Source: Clostridia bacterium
GTDB lineage: Bacteria > Bacillota > Sulfobacillia > SLMV01
DNA: 62,104 nt
Assembly (NCBI GenBank): GCA_003551215.1
Contig: PUMD01000137.1
Location: forward strand, 1 to 62,104
Reading direction: 5' to 3'
The position numbers were made by a program, and so were the translations under genes. Of the stretch, positions 26,015 through 35,551 are shown one piece after another. Under the pieces are notes generated by a model, which saw only the letters and a program-made list of their open reading frames with translations, had not been told where the DNA came from and ran no database searches. Within the stretch, counting starts at the first letter, position 1, and each line of letters starts with the position of its first letter.

Positions 26015-27456
26015 TCGATCACCTGCCCATTCTCGTCATAGTGGTACCGCTTATGTATGGTTTCTGTGCAGCAATTTTGAAGTACTTCTCCGTTCGGGCT
26101 GCCCGGGTGGGATTTGTCTCGGCGAGTTCTGTACAGCTTGCGCTGGTCGCTGCCCTGGCCAGGCAGGTTGCGCTGCAGGGGACAGTGGAATACCGTCTGG
26201 CTGCCTGGCACCCTGAGGTAGGTATCGTGCTGGTCGTTGATGTGCTGGCAGTTTTGTTCGCTGCAATAATAGCCTTTTGCGTGTTGCTGGTCGCAGTGTA
26301 TTCGGCCGACTATCCGGCAGCAGATTCGACCAGCTACTTCACGCTGGCATCCATACTTACCGCCGGGATGACAGGCATAGTGCTCACCGGCGACCTCTTC
26401 AACCTTTACGTATTCATCGAGATGACCTCCCTTTCTTCCGTGGCGCTGGTGGCGGTAAACAGGGATGAAAAGGGCATCAGGGCTGCGCTGCGCTACATAG
26501 TCTTCAGTATCGTCGCCGGTCTTTTGTTCCTTTTGGCGGTGATGCTGCTTTACGGTGCAAGCGGTTCGCTGAACATGCGCATCGTCGCCGGACAGTTCGC
26601 TGGGTTCGCTCCCAACCTGCAGGCTGTGGTCATAGCTCTGTTTGCAGTAGCGCTGGGCATCAAGACAGCCGTGATCCCCTTCCATGGATGGCTGCCTGAT
26701 GTTTACACCGGCAGCCCATCGGCGGTAAGCGCGCTGCTTTCGGGAGCGGTAAACAAAACGGGCATCTATATGCTGGCCCGGCTTCTTTTCACCCTTACCT
26801 CCCCTGGTTCACATGGGGTGTTGCAACCTGCCCTACTGGCAGCAGGAGCAGTAACCATTCTGGGAGGACACACGCTGGCCCTTGGACAGACCAATGTGAA
26901 GAGCATACTGGCCTGCTCCAGTATTGCCCACACAGGTTACATGGTGATGGGGTTCGGGGTGGGCACAGCCGCTGGCGTCACCGCCGGGCTGTTTCATGCG
27001 CTCAACCACATGGTGATGAAAAGCGGTGCTTTTCTGTCGGCTGAGGCCATGTCAACAAAGGGTCAGGACATACAGCAGTGGCAGGGCCTGCAGAAGCGGG
27101 TATCCACCGCTGGAGTAGTCTTTGTCGTCTCCACGCTGGCGCTGGTGGGAATTCCACCCTTCGGTGCCTTCATGAGCAAATGGCAGCTGGCCACCGCCGC
27201 CATACAGGAGGGGCTTTGGCACGCGGCCCTCTTCGTACCTCTCGGCACCGCTATGGCTGTGCTTTATTACGGCCGCGTTTACCGCAGTCTATTTTCTCTC
27301 AGATGCGAAGAATCCACTGCTGATACTGACATGCAGCACCTGACGACGGTCAGGAAGCTGGTGCTGGCGGCAGCTGCTGTGGGCTGTGTGGCTCCTTTTT
27401 TGCTGCACGGTGGGTTGCTTTCTGTCCTGAGAGCTGCCGCATTGAACTTGTTTTGA
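26011..27456 (+). CDS. mnhD: Na+/H+ antiporter subunit D (MnhD/MrpD, NuoM/N-like proton-conducting subunit)
   Basis: 481-aa polytopic protein with AVIPFHGWLPDVYTGSPSAVSALLSGAVNKTGIYMLARL, typical of NuoL/M/N-type subunits. The start overlaps the mnhC stop. Confidence 0.85.
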   Translation: MIDHLPILVIVVPLMYGFCAAILKYFSVRAARVGFVSASSVQLALVAALARQVALQGTVEYRLAAWHPEVGIVLVVDVLAVLFAAIIAFCVLLVAVYSADYPAADSTSYFTLASILTAGMTGIVLTGDLFNLYVFIEMTSLSSVALVAVNRDEKGIRAALRYIVFSIVAGLLFLLAVMLLYGASGSLNMRIVAGQFAGFAPNLQAVVIALFAVALGIKTAVIPFHGWLPDVYTGSPSAVSALLSGAVNKTGIYMLARLLFTLTSPGSHGVLQPALLAAGAVTILGGHTLALGQTNVKSILACSSIAHTGYMVMGFGVGTAAGVTAGLFHALNHMVMKSGAFLSAEAMSTKGQDIQQWQGLQKRVSTAGVVFVVSTLALVGIPPFGAFMSKWQLATAAIQEGLWHAALFVPLGTAMAVLYYGRVYRSLFSLRCEESTADTDMQHLTTVRKLVLAAAAVGCVAPFLLHGGLLSVLRAAALNLF

Positions 27457-27462
27457 GGGGGT

Positions 27463-28887
27463 TTGCAGATGCACCTGTTTCAGTTCAGCCAGTCGCTTGT
27501 GCCACACGATGAACTGAGCCTGGTTTTTGTCACATTGTTCTCGGTGGTGGGTGCGGCTGCACTGGTCTTCTTCTACTTAAACACCAGGCGCAGGCTCGGC
27601 CTGATTGTGGCGGCGGCCTATATCGGCTCCGCCCTTGGGGCGGTCACCGCCGGGAACTTGTTTGGATTTGTGGTGTTTTGGGAACTGGCCGCCCTTTCGT
27701 CGTATCTGCTGGTGATATACCGTAGAGACGAAATCCAGCTTGCCTCAGGATACCGCTATCTGCTGGCGCAGATCATAGCCGGAGCCAGCCTTTTTCTCGC
27801 CGCCTCGGTGCAGTACGGGCTGACCGGATCCCTCGCCCTGGGCGAGCCAGTCCCTGCGGCTGCTGCGCTTTTTATGCTGGCTTTCGGCATAAAAGCTGCA
27901 GCGATGCCATTTCACGTCTGGCTGCCCGATACCTACCCCGAGCTGCCGGTGCACACCACCGTAGTGCTGTCGGGATTCACCACCAAACTGGGCCTTTACG
28001 GCATGTTCCGCTTTTTTGGCGGAACGCAGGCAATCGCCCTCTGGGGGCTTGCCACTGCAGCCTTCGGGGCGATTATGGCCCTCCGAACCAACCACCTGCG
28101 CAGGCTGCTTTGCTACCTGCTGATAGCGGGAAGCGGCCACGTAATGGTCGGTATCGGAACCGGACATACTGACGCAGCTGCTGCCTTGCTGATCAATGAA
28201 GTTCTTTACATTATGCTTCTGTTTATGACTGCTGGCATCGCAGTTCGTTCTGCCGGTGGAGAAGACCTTCCGAGGCTGCAGGGAATAGGCCGCAGGATGC
28301 CCTGGCTGAGCAGTCTGTGGGTGGTTGGGGCCCTGGCCCTTGTGGGAGCTCCGCCGGTGGGAAGCTTTCCGGCCAAAGCCGTCCTGAAAGAGGCGGTTTC
28401 TCCGCTGGGCTGGGGGTTGGTTGTCGTTGGCCTGTTGATGGCAGTATCAGTGATCCGCTGCAGCTGGCGGCTTTTCGCCCCAGGCTCCGGTTCGGACGGT
28501 CCGCTCAGACCAGTTTCACCCGGTCGCTATCTTCCCGCAACCCTGCTGGCGGCCCTGAGTGTCACCGCCGGACTCGCCTACCGGGCCATACCCCTTTCCG
28601 CCCTGCATGGACTTCCTCCCCTCGCAGAGGTCTACAGCCCGGTGAAAGTGCTCGAGGCGGTGCTCCCCTTGCTGCTGGCGGGTGCGTTGTTCGCCCTGCT
28701 TCGCTCTGCGGTAGCTGCGGTAGGCACCTCGTCAAGGCCCGCTGATGTCGACCGGCTGTACGCCCGTCTGCTGCATGGACACACCTACCTCAGCAGGCAG
28801 CTGGCGGATAAGACCTCGGGCCACACTCAGGAGCATCTGATGGTAATAACCGCAGGACTGATAGTCCTGATATTCCTGCTAATTTAG
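27463..28887 (+). CDS. second NuoL/M/N-type proton-conducting subunit (MnhD/MnhA-like)
   Basis: AAMPFHVWLPDTYPELPVHTTVVLSGFTTKLGLYGMFRF; 474 aa. The TAG stop overlaps the convergent mnhG stop by 4 nt. Confidence 0.8.
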   Translation: MQMHLFQFSQSLVPHDELSLVFVTLFSVVGAAALVFFYLNTRRRLGLIVAAAYIGSALGAVTAGNLFGFVVFWELAALSSYLLVIYRRDEIQLASGYRYLLAQIIAGASLFLAASVQYGLTGSLALGEPVPAAAALFMLAFGIKAAAMPFHVWLPDTYPELPVHTTVVLSGFTTKLGLYGMFRFFGGTQAIALWGLATAAFGAIMALRTNHLRRLLCYLLIAGSGHVMVGIGTGHTDAAAALLINEVLYIMLLFMTAGIAVRSAGGEDLPRLQGIGRRMPWLSSLWVVGALALVGAPPVGSFPAKAVLKEAVSPLGWGLVVVGLLMAVSVIRCSWRLFAPGSGSDGPLRPVSPGRYLPATLLAALSVTAGLAYRAIPLSALHGLPPLAEVYSPVKVLEAVLPLLLAGALFALLRSAVAAVGTSSRPADVDRLYARLLHGHTYLSRQLADKTSGHTQEHLMVITAGLIVLIFLLI

Positions 28888-29279
28888 CTGCCCTGCCGGT
28901 CCTGCACTTTTGGCGCCTGATGGGAAAGCTCTCTCGTCTGTTCAAGGTCTTCTTTGTATTGATCCACTGTTACCACAGGGGCCGCAATCCCCTGTCGGTA
29001 TGCAGCACGGGCAATAGAGTGGGTGGATATGGGATTTGTCATGAGCATGAACAGGATTATCAGGACAAGCTTGGCTGTCACCGGCCACGTCCAGCAGTAC
29101 ACAGCGACTCCGGTCAAAAGCAAAACTGCCCCAGCCGTGGTGCACTTGGTCCCGGCATGAAAGCGGGTAAAGACATCAGGAAACCGAAGTATGCCTACGA
29201 CAGCAGTCAGGCAGAAAAAGGAACCCAGAGATATTAGCCCGTAGGCGACAATGTGCTGCAGCAGGTACAGATTCACCAA
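28884..29279 (-). CDS. mnhG: Na+/H+ antiporter subunit G (MnhG/MrpG)
   Basis: GLISLGSFFCLTAVVGILRFPDVFTRFHAGTKCTTAGAVLLL is the typical MnhG signature. Confidence 0.85.
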   Translation of the reverse strand: MVNLYLLQHIVAYGLISLGSFFCLTAVVGILRFPDVFTRFHAGTKCTTAGAVLLLTGVAVYCWTWPVTAKLVLIILFMLMTNPISTHSIARAAYRQGIAAPVVTVDQYKEDLEQTRELSHQAPKVQDRQGS

Positions 29280-29527
29280 TGCAGCTCGCCCCTCTCGAAG
29301 TATTTGGAAAAGACCATCACATCGGCGAAAAGCAGCACTGCGTAGACTAAGACCACATCCAAAAACAGATAAAACTCGTAGTGCACCGCCAGCAGGGCCA
29401 TCATCAGCGCCACCATTATTCCAATAGCGTCGGCGGCGGCTATACGGTCGGCTACCGTTGGTCCAACCAGTACCCGGTAGAAGGTGACCGCGCTGAGAAC
29501 CACCAGCAGCAGGGCAAAACCAATCAT
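29273..29527 (-). CDS. mnhF: Na+/H+ antiporter subunit F (MnhF/MrpF)
   Basis: 84 aa; FYRVLVGPTVADRIAAADAIGIMV is typical of MnhF. It overlaps its neighbours. Confidence 0.85.
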   Translation of the reverse strand: MIGFALLLVVLSAVTFYRVLVGPTVADRIAAADAIGIMVALMMALLAVHYEFYLFLDVVLVYAVLLFADVMVFSKYFERGELHW

Positions 29528-30051
29528 TGCATTATCCTCCTCAGGCGTGATTCCATTTGGTGAATAAGATCCCTGACTTCCTCCTCATCGGTGCCTGTTG
29601 TGACGTGAATCCAGTGTACGTAATAACAGCTTTTCTCCGGGTTGTAGTCCAGAGTCAGGGTCCCTGGGGTGAGGGTAATCAGGTTACCCAGAATTACGAT
29701 AGCAGTTCGATTCTCAAGAATGGTAGGTATTCTTACCACTCCCGGCTGCAGGGAGAAATCCCGCCGAAAAGCATAACGGGCAACCATAACAGCGGACGAA
29801 AACACCTCGTAAAAAAACACCCCGACAAAGGTCACCAGGTTCCAGCACTTAACGACGATATCGCGCAGGCTGAAGCGGGACGAACTCTCTCCGCAGACAG
29901 TACGGCCAAATATCCTGACACCAACAGCAGCGATGAACCCGCCCAAGACAATAGACATCAAGGTAACATGACCGGTCAGTCCCAGCCAAAGGCCCAACAA
30001 GATCAAAAACAGCAATAACCGCGGAAAAAGCACCTGCAAGTCTCCCTTCAC
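29524..30051 (-). CDS. mnhE: Na+/H+ antiporter subunit E (MnhE/MrpE)
   Basis: 175 aa with N-terminal TM helices, followed by GVVRIPTILENRTAIVILGNLITLTPGTLTLD, typical of MnhE. Confidence 0.8.
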   Translation of the reverse strand: MKGDLQVLFPRLLLFLILLGLWLGLTGHVTLMSIVLGGFIAAVGVRIFGRTVCGESSSRFSLRDIVVKCWNLVTFVGVFFYEVFSSAVMVARYAFRRDFSLQPGVVRIPTILENRTAIVILGNLITLTPGTLTLDYNPEKSCYYVHWIHVTTGTDEEEVRDLIHQMESRLRRIMQ

Positions 30052-30963
30052 CGAACCCCCATATTACTGTGCACCTGCGAACCGTACCTGCATCGCTCAA
30101 CCGGCTGGGGGGCTGATCTGCTCAATGGTCAGATGGCCTTCCTCTCCCGCAATCTGTAGAACCCCTGCGAACGATAATCACCCGACAAATGACGCCTATC
30201 AGAGTTGTCCCAATCAGGATGCTGCTGGTTCTGGTTATCGATTGTGGCCTGCTGATTTGTCCCTGTGCACAGGATACCGATTCGATCGACCACCTCACCG
30301 TTCTGACCCTATCCCCTGCCCCTCATCCTCCGATTCAATGACAGAGTTATAGGCCGACTGCACGGGTTGCATAGCGCATCCTGCCTGCGGCAAAGGACGC
30401 GAACCTCACAATCTACACCTGCTCCGTTTGAATGAATGGCGGACCCTCTACCCAAAGGAAGGACCGCATCCCACCTGCCTTGTGATGCCCCGTTTCCGAA
30501 CCACACACCAGCATCTTGAAGTCGCCAGTACCACGTGCCTACAAAAAGATACCCCTAAAAGCTTTAACACATTATTGCACCTTGTTTCAAACCCCTGCTG
30601 AATCCGACGGCTCTGCAGAATCCTGACTGACTGCTCACTGAGGGGGTAAAAGGCCGCTTTGCTCACGATACGAAGCAGGTTTTCGGTTGTATATCAAAAA
30701 TTTCTCAGTGATACCGGAGGGGTGATGCCTCAAGGTACCTCCAACAGCACCGGGGAATATACACTGGCGCCCGACGGCCCGAACCACCAATCAGCAGATC
30801 ACTATCTCGCCAGCGGACCCCAAATGCGGAGTCCGACTATTCCTGCTGTCCGTCTGGCTGCTTCGGGCGTATAAGCCAATCAGGCAGGAATTGCGTCCGG
30901 TCTGACGAAAGCACATAGATAAAATGCATGCACCACCCACGATCACGGCAGGGAGGGTTTTCA

Positions 30964-32301
30964 TTGACGGAACCAGACTGGTCAAGGTTCGAGGATTTCA
31001 CCGAACAGCTGATGAATGAAAGCCACACTGTTGGAGCGGCAGTTTCCATAAGCAAAAACCACAGAACCCTCTACTCCGGCGGCTTCGGTGTCCGGGATAG
31101 AGAGAATCAGCGTCCGGTTAGCCCCGAGACTATTTTCGGCATAGCTTCTGTCAGCAAGTCTTTCACCGCACTGGCCATCAGCCAGCTAGCCGATGAAGGC
31201 AGACTCAGTGTCGACGACCCGGTTGTTGACCACCTGCCGGAATTCAGCCTGCGCGGAGTGGACGACATGAGGAAGATCAAGATTCGCCACCTGCTTTCTC
31301 ACACTACCGGACTGCCTCCAATGAAAAGGCGGCAGGAGATCGAGACTTTCGATGAACATCTGACCTACCTGGCGGAGGCAGGCTACAAGCTGCTGGGAGA
31401 ACCCGGCGAGTACTTCAGCTACTGCAACGATACCTTTCTGCTGCTTGGCGCCATCATACAGAGAAAGACGGACAGGCTTTATCGACGGGCCATGACTGGC
31501 CGGATACTCGATCCCCTGCAGATGAACCGCTCAACCTACAGCCTCAAGGAAATCGAGAAATTCGAAAACGTAAGCGTTCCGTATATCTACAACGAGGATG
31601 AAGATGAATTCAGCATCCCGGACTGGCCCGACCTGGGTACCTATGAGGTTGGGGGAGGTGTGCGCTCCTGCGTCTCCGATCTGATCAAATACGGCCGGCT
31701 GTACATAAGTGAAGGTGAGTTCAATGGCCGGAGGTTGATCGGCAGCGAACATATTCGCAGGATGTATCAACCCGTGCACCAGGTGGGACGCAACAGTCAT
31801 TACTGCTTTGGCCTGCGCATAACTGCAGACTACCACGGCGTTACCCTGGTGGAACACGGCGGCGGGCAACCCGGGGTCTCGTCCAATTTCGGGTTCATTC
31901 CCGAAAAGGGCATAGCAGCAGCCGTACTGACCAACGTATCGGGAGCACCGGCAGCAAGAATATGGCTCGGAGCAGTCAACACGGCCCTCGGACTGCCTTT
32001 GGACGCCGAACGCAGCACCGAACCGTGCTACGAGGCCTCCCGCGATGAGCTGGAGCGATTCATCGGGGTCTACCAGTCCAAAGAAGGCGGAAAGGTGCGA
32101 ATATTTGTTGAGGACGACTGCGTTGTCGCGCAGGCCCGCGGCAAGACCTACCCGGTGCGGGCCAGCGACAGATGCACGCTGGTTGTAAAGGACGAGCAGC
32201 GCGGCACCACAACGCTGCGGTTTTTCTTCGATGAGGATGGAGAACCGTGGGCAGTACAGGCCGGTTCCCGCATGCTGCCCAAAGTCCCGCAGGTTGTGTG
32301 A
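30964..32301 (+). CDS. beta-lactamase-family serine hydrolase (class C / D-aminopeptidase-like)
   Basis: SxxK motif ASVSKSF and YxN motif YCN. TTG 30964 lies 6 nt after GGGAGGG. The ORF track opens at ATG 30928, which has no SD. Confidence 0.8.
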   Translation: MTEPDWSRFEDFTEQLMNESHTVGAAVSISKNHRTLYSGGFGVRDRENQRPVSPETIFGIASVSKSFTALAISQLADEGRLSVDDPVVDHLPEFSLRGVDDMRKIKIRHLLSHTTGLPPMKRRQEIETFDEHLTYLAEAGYKLLGEPGEYFSYCNDTFLLLGAIIQRKTDRLYRRAMTGRILDPLQMNRSTYSLKEIEKFENVSVPYIYNEDEDEFSIPDWPDLGTYEVGGGVRSCVSDLIKYGRLYISEGEFNGRRLIGSEHIRRMYQPVHQVGRNSHYCFGLRITADYHGVTLVEHGGGQPGVSSNFGFIPEKGIAAAVLTNVSGAPAARIWLGAVNTALGLPLDAERSTEPCYEASRDELERFIGVYQSKEGGKVRIFVEDDCVVAQARGKTYPVRASDRCTLVVKDEQRGTTTLRFFFDEDGEPWAVQAGSRMLPKVPQVV

Positions 32302-32316
32302 CTTAAACTGCGGCCT

Positions 32317-32357
32317 CCGACCCGGACAATCACAAAAACGCAGCCTGTCCGGGTCGG
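32317..32357 (+). terminator. perfect 12-bp hairpin just downstream of the serine hydrolase gene
   Basis: CCGACCCGGACA / TGTCCGGGTCGG with a 17-nt loop, 16 nt after the stop. No U tract follows. Confidence 0.4.
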
Positions 32358-32469
32358 ACCGGCAAACATCGTGGCGCACCCATCCGCCGCCGGGTCTGCC
32401 CTCACACTGTTTGCTGCCGTTTTCTCTCCTATTTGCATCAAGCGGGCTCGGTGAAGTATATTAGTCAGC

Positions 32470-33072
32470 GTGATAACTGATCTGCACGGCAAACTTTTGT
32501 TCTGTCTGGAGGAGATTGCTATTGAGAAAAGATTGAATGCTGCCTTGTTGGCCAGGGTTGGGCTGCTTTGCGCCCTCAGTGTAGTAATGACTCGCCTGCT
32601 GTCAGTTCGTCTCGCAATAGGTGGGGTTGAGGCCGTCAGGCTGGGGCTGGGAAAGCTACCCATTATTTTTGCCGGAATCTTTCTGGGACCCCTGGCGGGT
32701 GGACTGGTAGGAGGTATCAGTGACGTCGTCGGTTACATGTTAAGCCCCATGGGAGCCTACATGCCCCACTTCACCATCGGGGCAGCTCTGACCGGAATAC
32801 TTCCCGGACTAGCTATCAACATAGCACACCGAAACCATCCCGAAGAGGCCTCCACGGCGTCGTTGTTCGTTGCTGTGCTGATACCCATGGTGCTGATAAC
32901 CGTACTCTATACGCCATATTTTCAGGAGTCACTCTTCGGTCTCAGCCGGGCAGTCACGGTCCCTCCCCGCATCCTCGAAGCGGTCATAATCACTCCGGTC
33001 TACACCTTCCTGCTTAAGTATCTGAAGAAGGCCCCCGCTGTCCGACAGCTGCTGTTTTCCGACCGGAGCTAA
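32470..33072 (+). CDS. ECF transporter S component (folate-family-like)
   Basis: LLARVGLLCALSVVMTRLLSV...LPIIFAGIFLGPLAGGLVGGISDVVGYMLSPMGAYMPHFTIGAALTGILPG resembles FolT-type S components. The start is uncertain: GTG 32470 has no SD, while in-frame ATT 32521 lies 6 nt after GGAGGAG. Confidence 0.65.
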   Translation: MITDLHGKLLFCLEEIAIEKRLNAALLARVGLLCALSVVMTRLLSVRLAIGGVEAVRLGLGKLPIIFAGIFLGPLAGGLVGGISDVVGYMLSPMGAYMPHFTIGAALTGILPGLAINIAHRNHPEEASTASLFVAVLIPMVLITVLYTPYFQESLFGLSRAVTVPPRILEAVIITPVYTFLLKYLKKAPAVRQLLFSDRS

Positions 33073-33083
33073 CCAGCAGCTTA

Positions 33084-33136
33084 GGTGAGCTGATGTCCAG
33101 CCGATCTTCTGACCCTCACCGGCTGCTCAGCTCACC
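33084..33136. terminator. long imperfect hairpin between convergent genes
   Basis: Outer stem GGTGAGCTG/CAGCTCACC (33084-33092 / 33128-33136) and inner stem CAGCCG/CGGCTG (33098-33103 / 33120-33125). The 3' arm overlaps the end of the lipoprotein gene. Confidence 0.35.
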
Positions 33137-34423
33137 TTCTTCAGCGTTCAACTCCCAGGTGGTCACTTCCTCATCGACATCAGTTACCTCAAACTGAAGA
33201 GTCTCGTCAGAGATCCACTGCATGCTGGTAATTTGACCCGGTAGATGCTCGATGTCCGCCATTTTGAGGAAGCTGAGGTGTTCATCCGTCGCCAAGTGAT
33301 AAACGCCGACATCCACGCCACCCTTACCCGCCTGAGTCCATCCGTAGGCCAGGTACTCGTCATCGGGCGACCACATCAGATGCTCCACCGGACCGCGGAT
33401 AATCTGGAAGAATTCTGCCTGCCTGTCGTCCATCCGCACATACCCAACAGCGCTGTCAATGGTGGCCACCGCATACCTGCGGGTAAGCACAACCGCCAGC
33501 GTGCGCTCTTCCGAATCGTACTCGAATCTGCCGCGGTGGATGAAATCAGCCGGGCCCATGTCCAGATACTCACGGAGCGAGTCCCAGTCGAAGGGATGTT
33601 CGGCAAGAGCATCAATCAAGGGCTGAACCTCAAGGTGTTCGCCATCGGCCAACACAATCTCTGCGTCCGGCAGCAGGCATTCGGGCAGCAAACTGACCTC
33701 GGTACGAACCTCATGGTCAGAGAAATCCACCATCACCGATGATTCACCTGATATGTGGTGGACATCATCCGCGAGGATCAACGCCTCAGAAACGGGGTCG
33801 CATATAGCTTTTTCAAAACCTTCTGCAAAGGTGGAAAAAATTGCCCCGGCATCCGGCACGCTGCCGACAAGCCATTCGCCATCGACGCGTTCAAGCTGCA
33901 TCTGGATGTCGGTGTGACCGGAGTCCACCTCGAGCTCCTCCAGGACCTGAGAAAACACTTGGGAAAAATGCACCACCTCATCATCCCCGGCCAGCTGTAA
34001 GATGCGTTCGGCAGCACTGCCCTTCAGCTGGGTTGTCTGCTCGGCGGTGAGCTGGGGATGCCCCTTGACCCGTGCGACGACGCTGTAGTGGTCTTCTCCC
34101 TTCTTATCAAAGGTGTTGACCACTCCGGAAAGCTCCCTAAACCGCTGAAGCAGAGGTGAATCATGGCCTATGTGGTGCCTATTGGCCAGCACCTGCAGGC
34201 TCAGCTGGCGGTCGTCTTCCATCTGTTGGGACATAAGCTGTTGCATGGTTTCGTGGTCGTCTTCACAGAAAGCATCCCAGAATTCGACCACAACCTCTTC
34301 GGCCTGCTGCGGCAGCTGCACCTGTTCTTGAGGCTCTGTCTCCCGGGCAAAACACCCACCCAGGGCAAGTACCGATACAAAAACAGCTGCCAGCAGGGCG
34401 AACATCATCCATCGTTTTGACAT
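33116..34423 (-). CDS. hypothetical lipoprotein
   Basis: Signal peptide with lipobox LALGGC. GGAGGG lies 5 nt upstream of the ATG. The protein is acidic, 435 aa, and no family was recognised. Confidence 0.6.
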   Translation of the reverse strand: MSKRWMMFALLAAVFVSVLALGGCFARETEPQEQVQLPQQAEEVVVEFWDAFCEDDHETMQQLMSQQMEDDRQLSLQVLANRHHIGHDSPLLQRFRELSGVVNTFDKKGEDHYSVVARVKGHPQLTAEQTTQLKGSAAERILQLAGDDEVVHFSQVFSQVLEELEVDSGHTDIQMQLERVDGEWLVGSVPDAGAIFSTFAEGFEKAICDPVSEALILADDVHHISGESSVMVDFSDHEVRTEVSLLPECLLPDAEIVLADGEHLEVQPLIDALAEHPFDWDSLREYLDMGPADFIHRGRFEYDSEERTLAVVLTRRYAVATIDSAVGYVRMDDRQAEFFQIIRGPVEHLMWSPDDEYLAYGWTQAGKGGVDVGVYHLATDEHLSFLKMADIEHLPGQITSMQWISDETLQFEVTDVDEEVTTWELNAEEGELSSR

Positions 34424-34572
34424 AACATCCCTCCGATCGATAAGTCTCTTTTTTGGTACATCGCAGCGTCACATAAGCTGTGACGGGACGGCACCCCTTA
34501 GTGTTCCAGCCAATTGCTGGTTTCATTACCGGGCGCCGCCCACTTGCGATCGGGTATCTTTAACTGGGATTG

Positions 34573-35256
34573 TCAGGGGCTGAAATCAATATCTGCCTCC
34601 GCGCGCAACTCGTCGACGAGCTCCTGTACAACCACCTGCTTGCGCTGGTGAAGGATCTCCTCCCGGAGGTACGGTTTGGCTTCCTCGAAATCAGGAAAGT
34701 CGTCGCTTTCTTCTGCGTACTCCTCGTAAAGCCTCTCTACTTCTTCTTCAGATACTTCCAGGTCCTCCTCGTCGAGATGGTCCTCCACATGTTCGTCGAT
34801 GACACCCTGCACCTTCATCTGTATTCTGATCTGTTCTTCTAGGTCCTGTTCAGTCATTCCCTGCTGCGCCAATTGCTCCTGCATTTGGTCTTCATCATCG
34901 AACTGGGCGGCCATAGCGTCAAGCTGTTCTTCTACTGCGTCATCATCTACCGCTATGCCCTTACGCACAGCCTCCTGGTGCAGAAGTATTTCTGCGATTA
35001 TGTCATCCAGCACCTCTTGCCGGAGTTCTTCGTCTGTAATGGGCTGCTCCTGCATGGCGTAGGTCATTCTGCGCTGCTCCATGCGCATCTGCAGCTGGCC
35101 GGCGGTCACCTCTGTATCGTTGACCTGCGCGACAACCTCGCCGGGTTGTGCGGCCTCGGGCTCAGCAGCAGGTCTCGCATACCACGCGATGCTGGCGCCA
35201 GCCAGAGCAACAACGCACAGGATAGCCACCACCCACTTCACGGTCTTTCGGCGCAT
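34573..35256 (-). CDS. SurA N-terminal-domain-like periplasmic/extracytoplasmic chaperone (no PPIase domain visible)
   Basis: N-terminal TM anchor, then VVAQVNDTEVTAGQLQ...ITDEELRQEVLDDIIAEILLHQEAVRKGIAVDDDAVEEQL, typical of SurA_N/PrsA-like proteins. ATG 35256 lies 7 nt after GGGGGT. Confidence 0.55.
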   Translation of the reverse strand: MRRKTVKWVVAILCVVALAGASIAWYARPAAEPEAAQPGEVVAQVNDTEVTAGQLQMRMEQRRMTYAMQEQPITDEELRQEVLDDIIAEILLHQEAVRKGIAVDDDAVEEQLDAMAAQFDDEDQMQEQLAQQGMTEQDLEEQIRIQMKVQGVIDEHVEDHLDEEDLEVSEEEVERLYEEYAEESDDFPDFEEAKPYLREEILHQRKQVVVQELVDELRAEADIDFSP

Positions 35257-35551
35257 CACAAATACCCCCAGTTTGCTACCAGGACGACCATGAGTCAGGC
35301 CATCCCGGAAAATGGTGTGCTTATGACACACCTCATGTGATCATAAACAGTGTAACGGCCTGACGGCATAAGGGCAAACCGTCAGCTGACCCGATAGAGG
35401 CCTACTGACTCTGAGGAAAGCAGCATGGGCTGAAAAAAGGGCCCAATGCCTGTCTGAAGGCCAAATCCTCTTTGGACATCTGAGCTGTCCGCCATTGTCT
35501 GTGCAGCGGTAAAAAGCCGGGGCCGTCGCCTGGGAGTAGCGGGCGGGCTCT

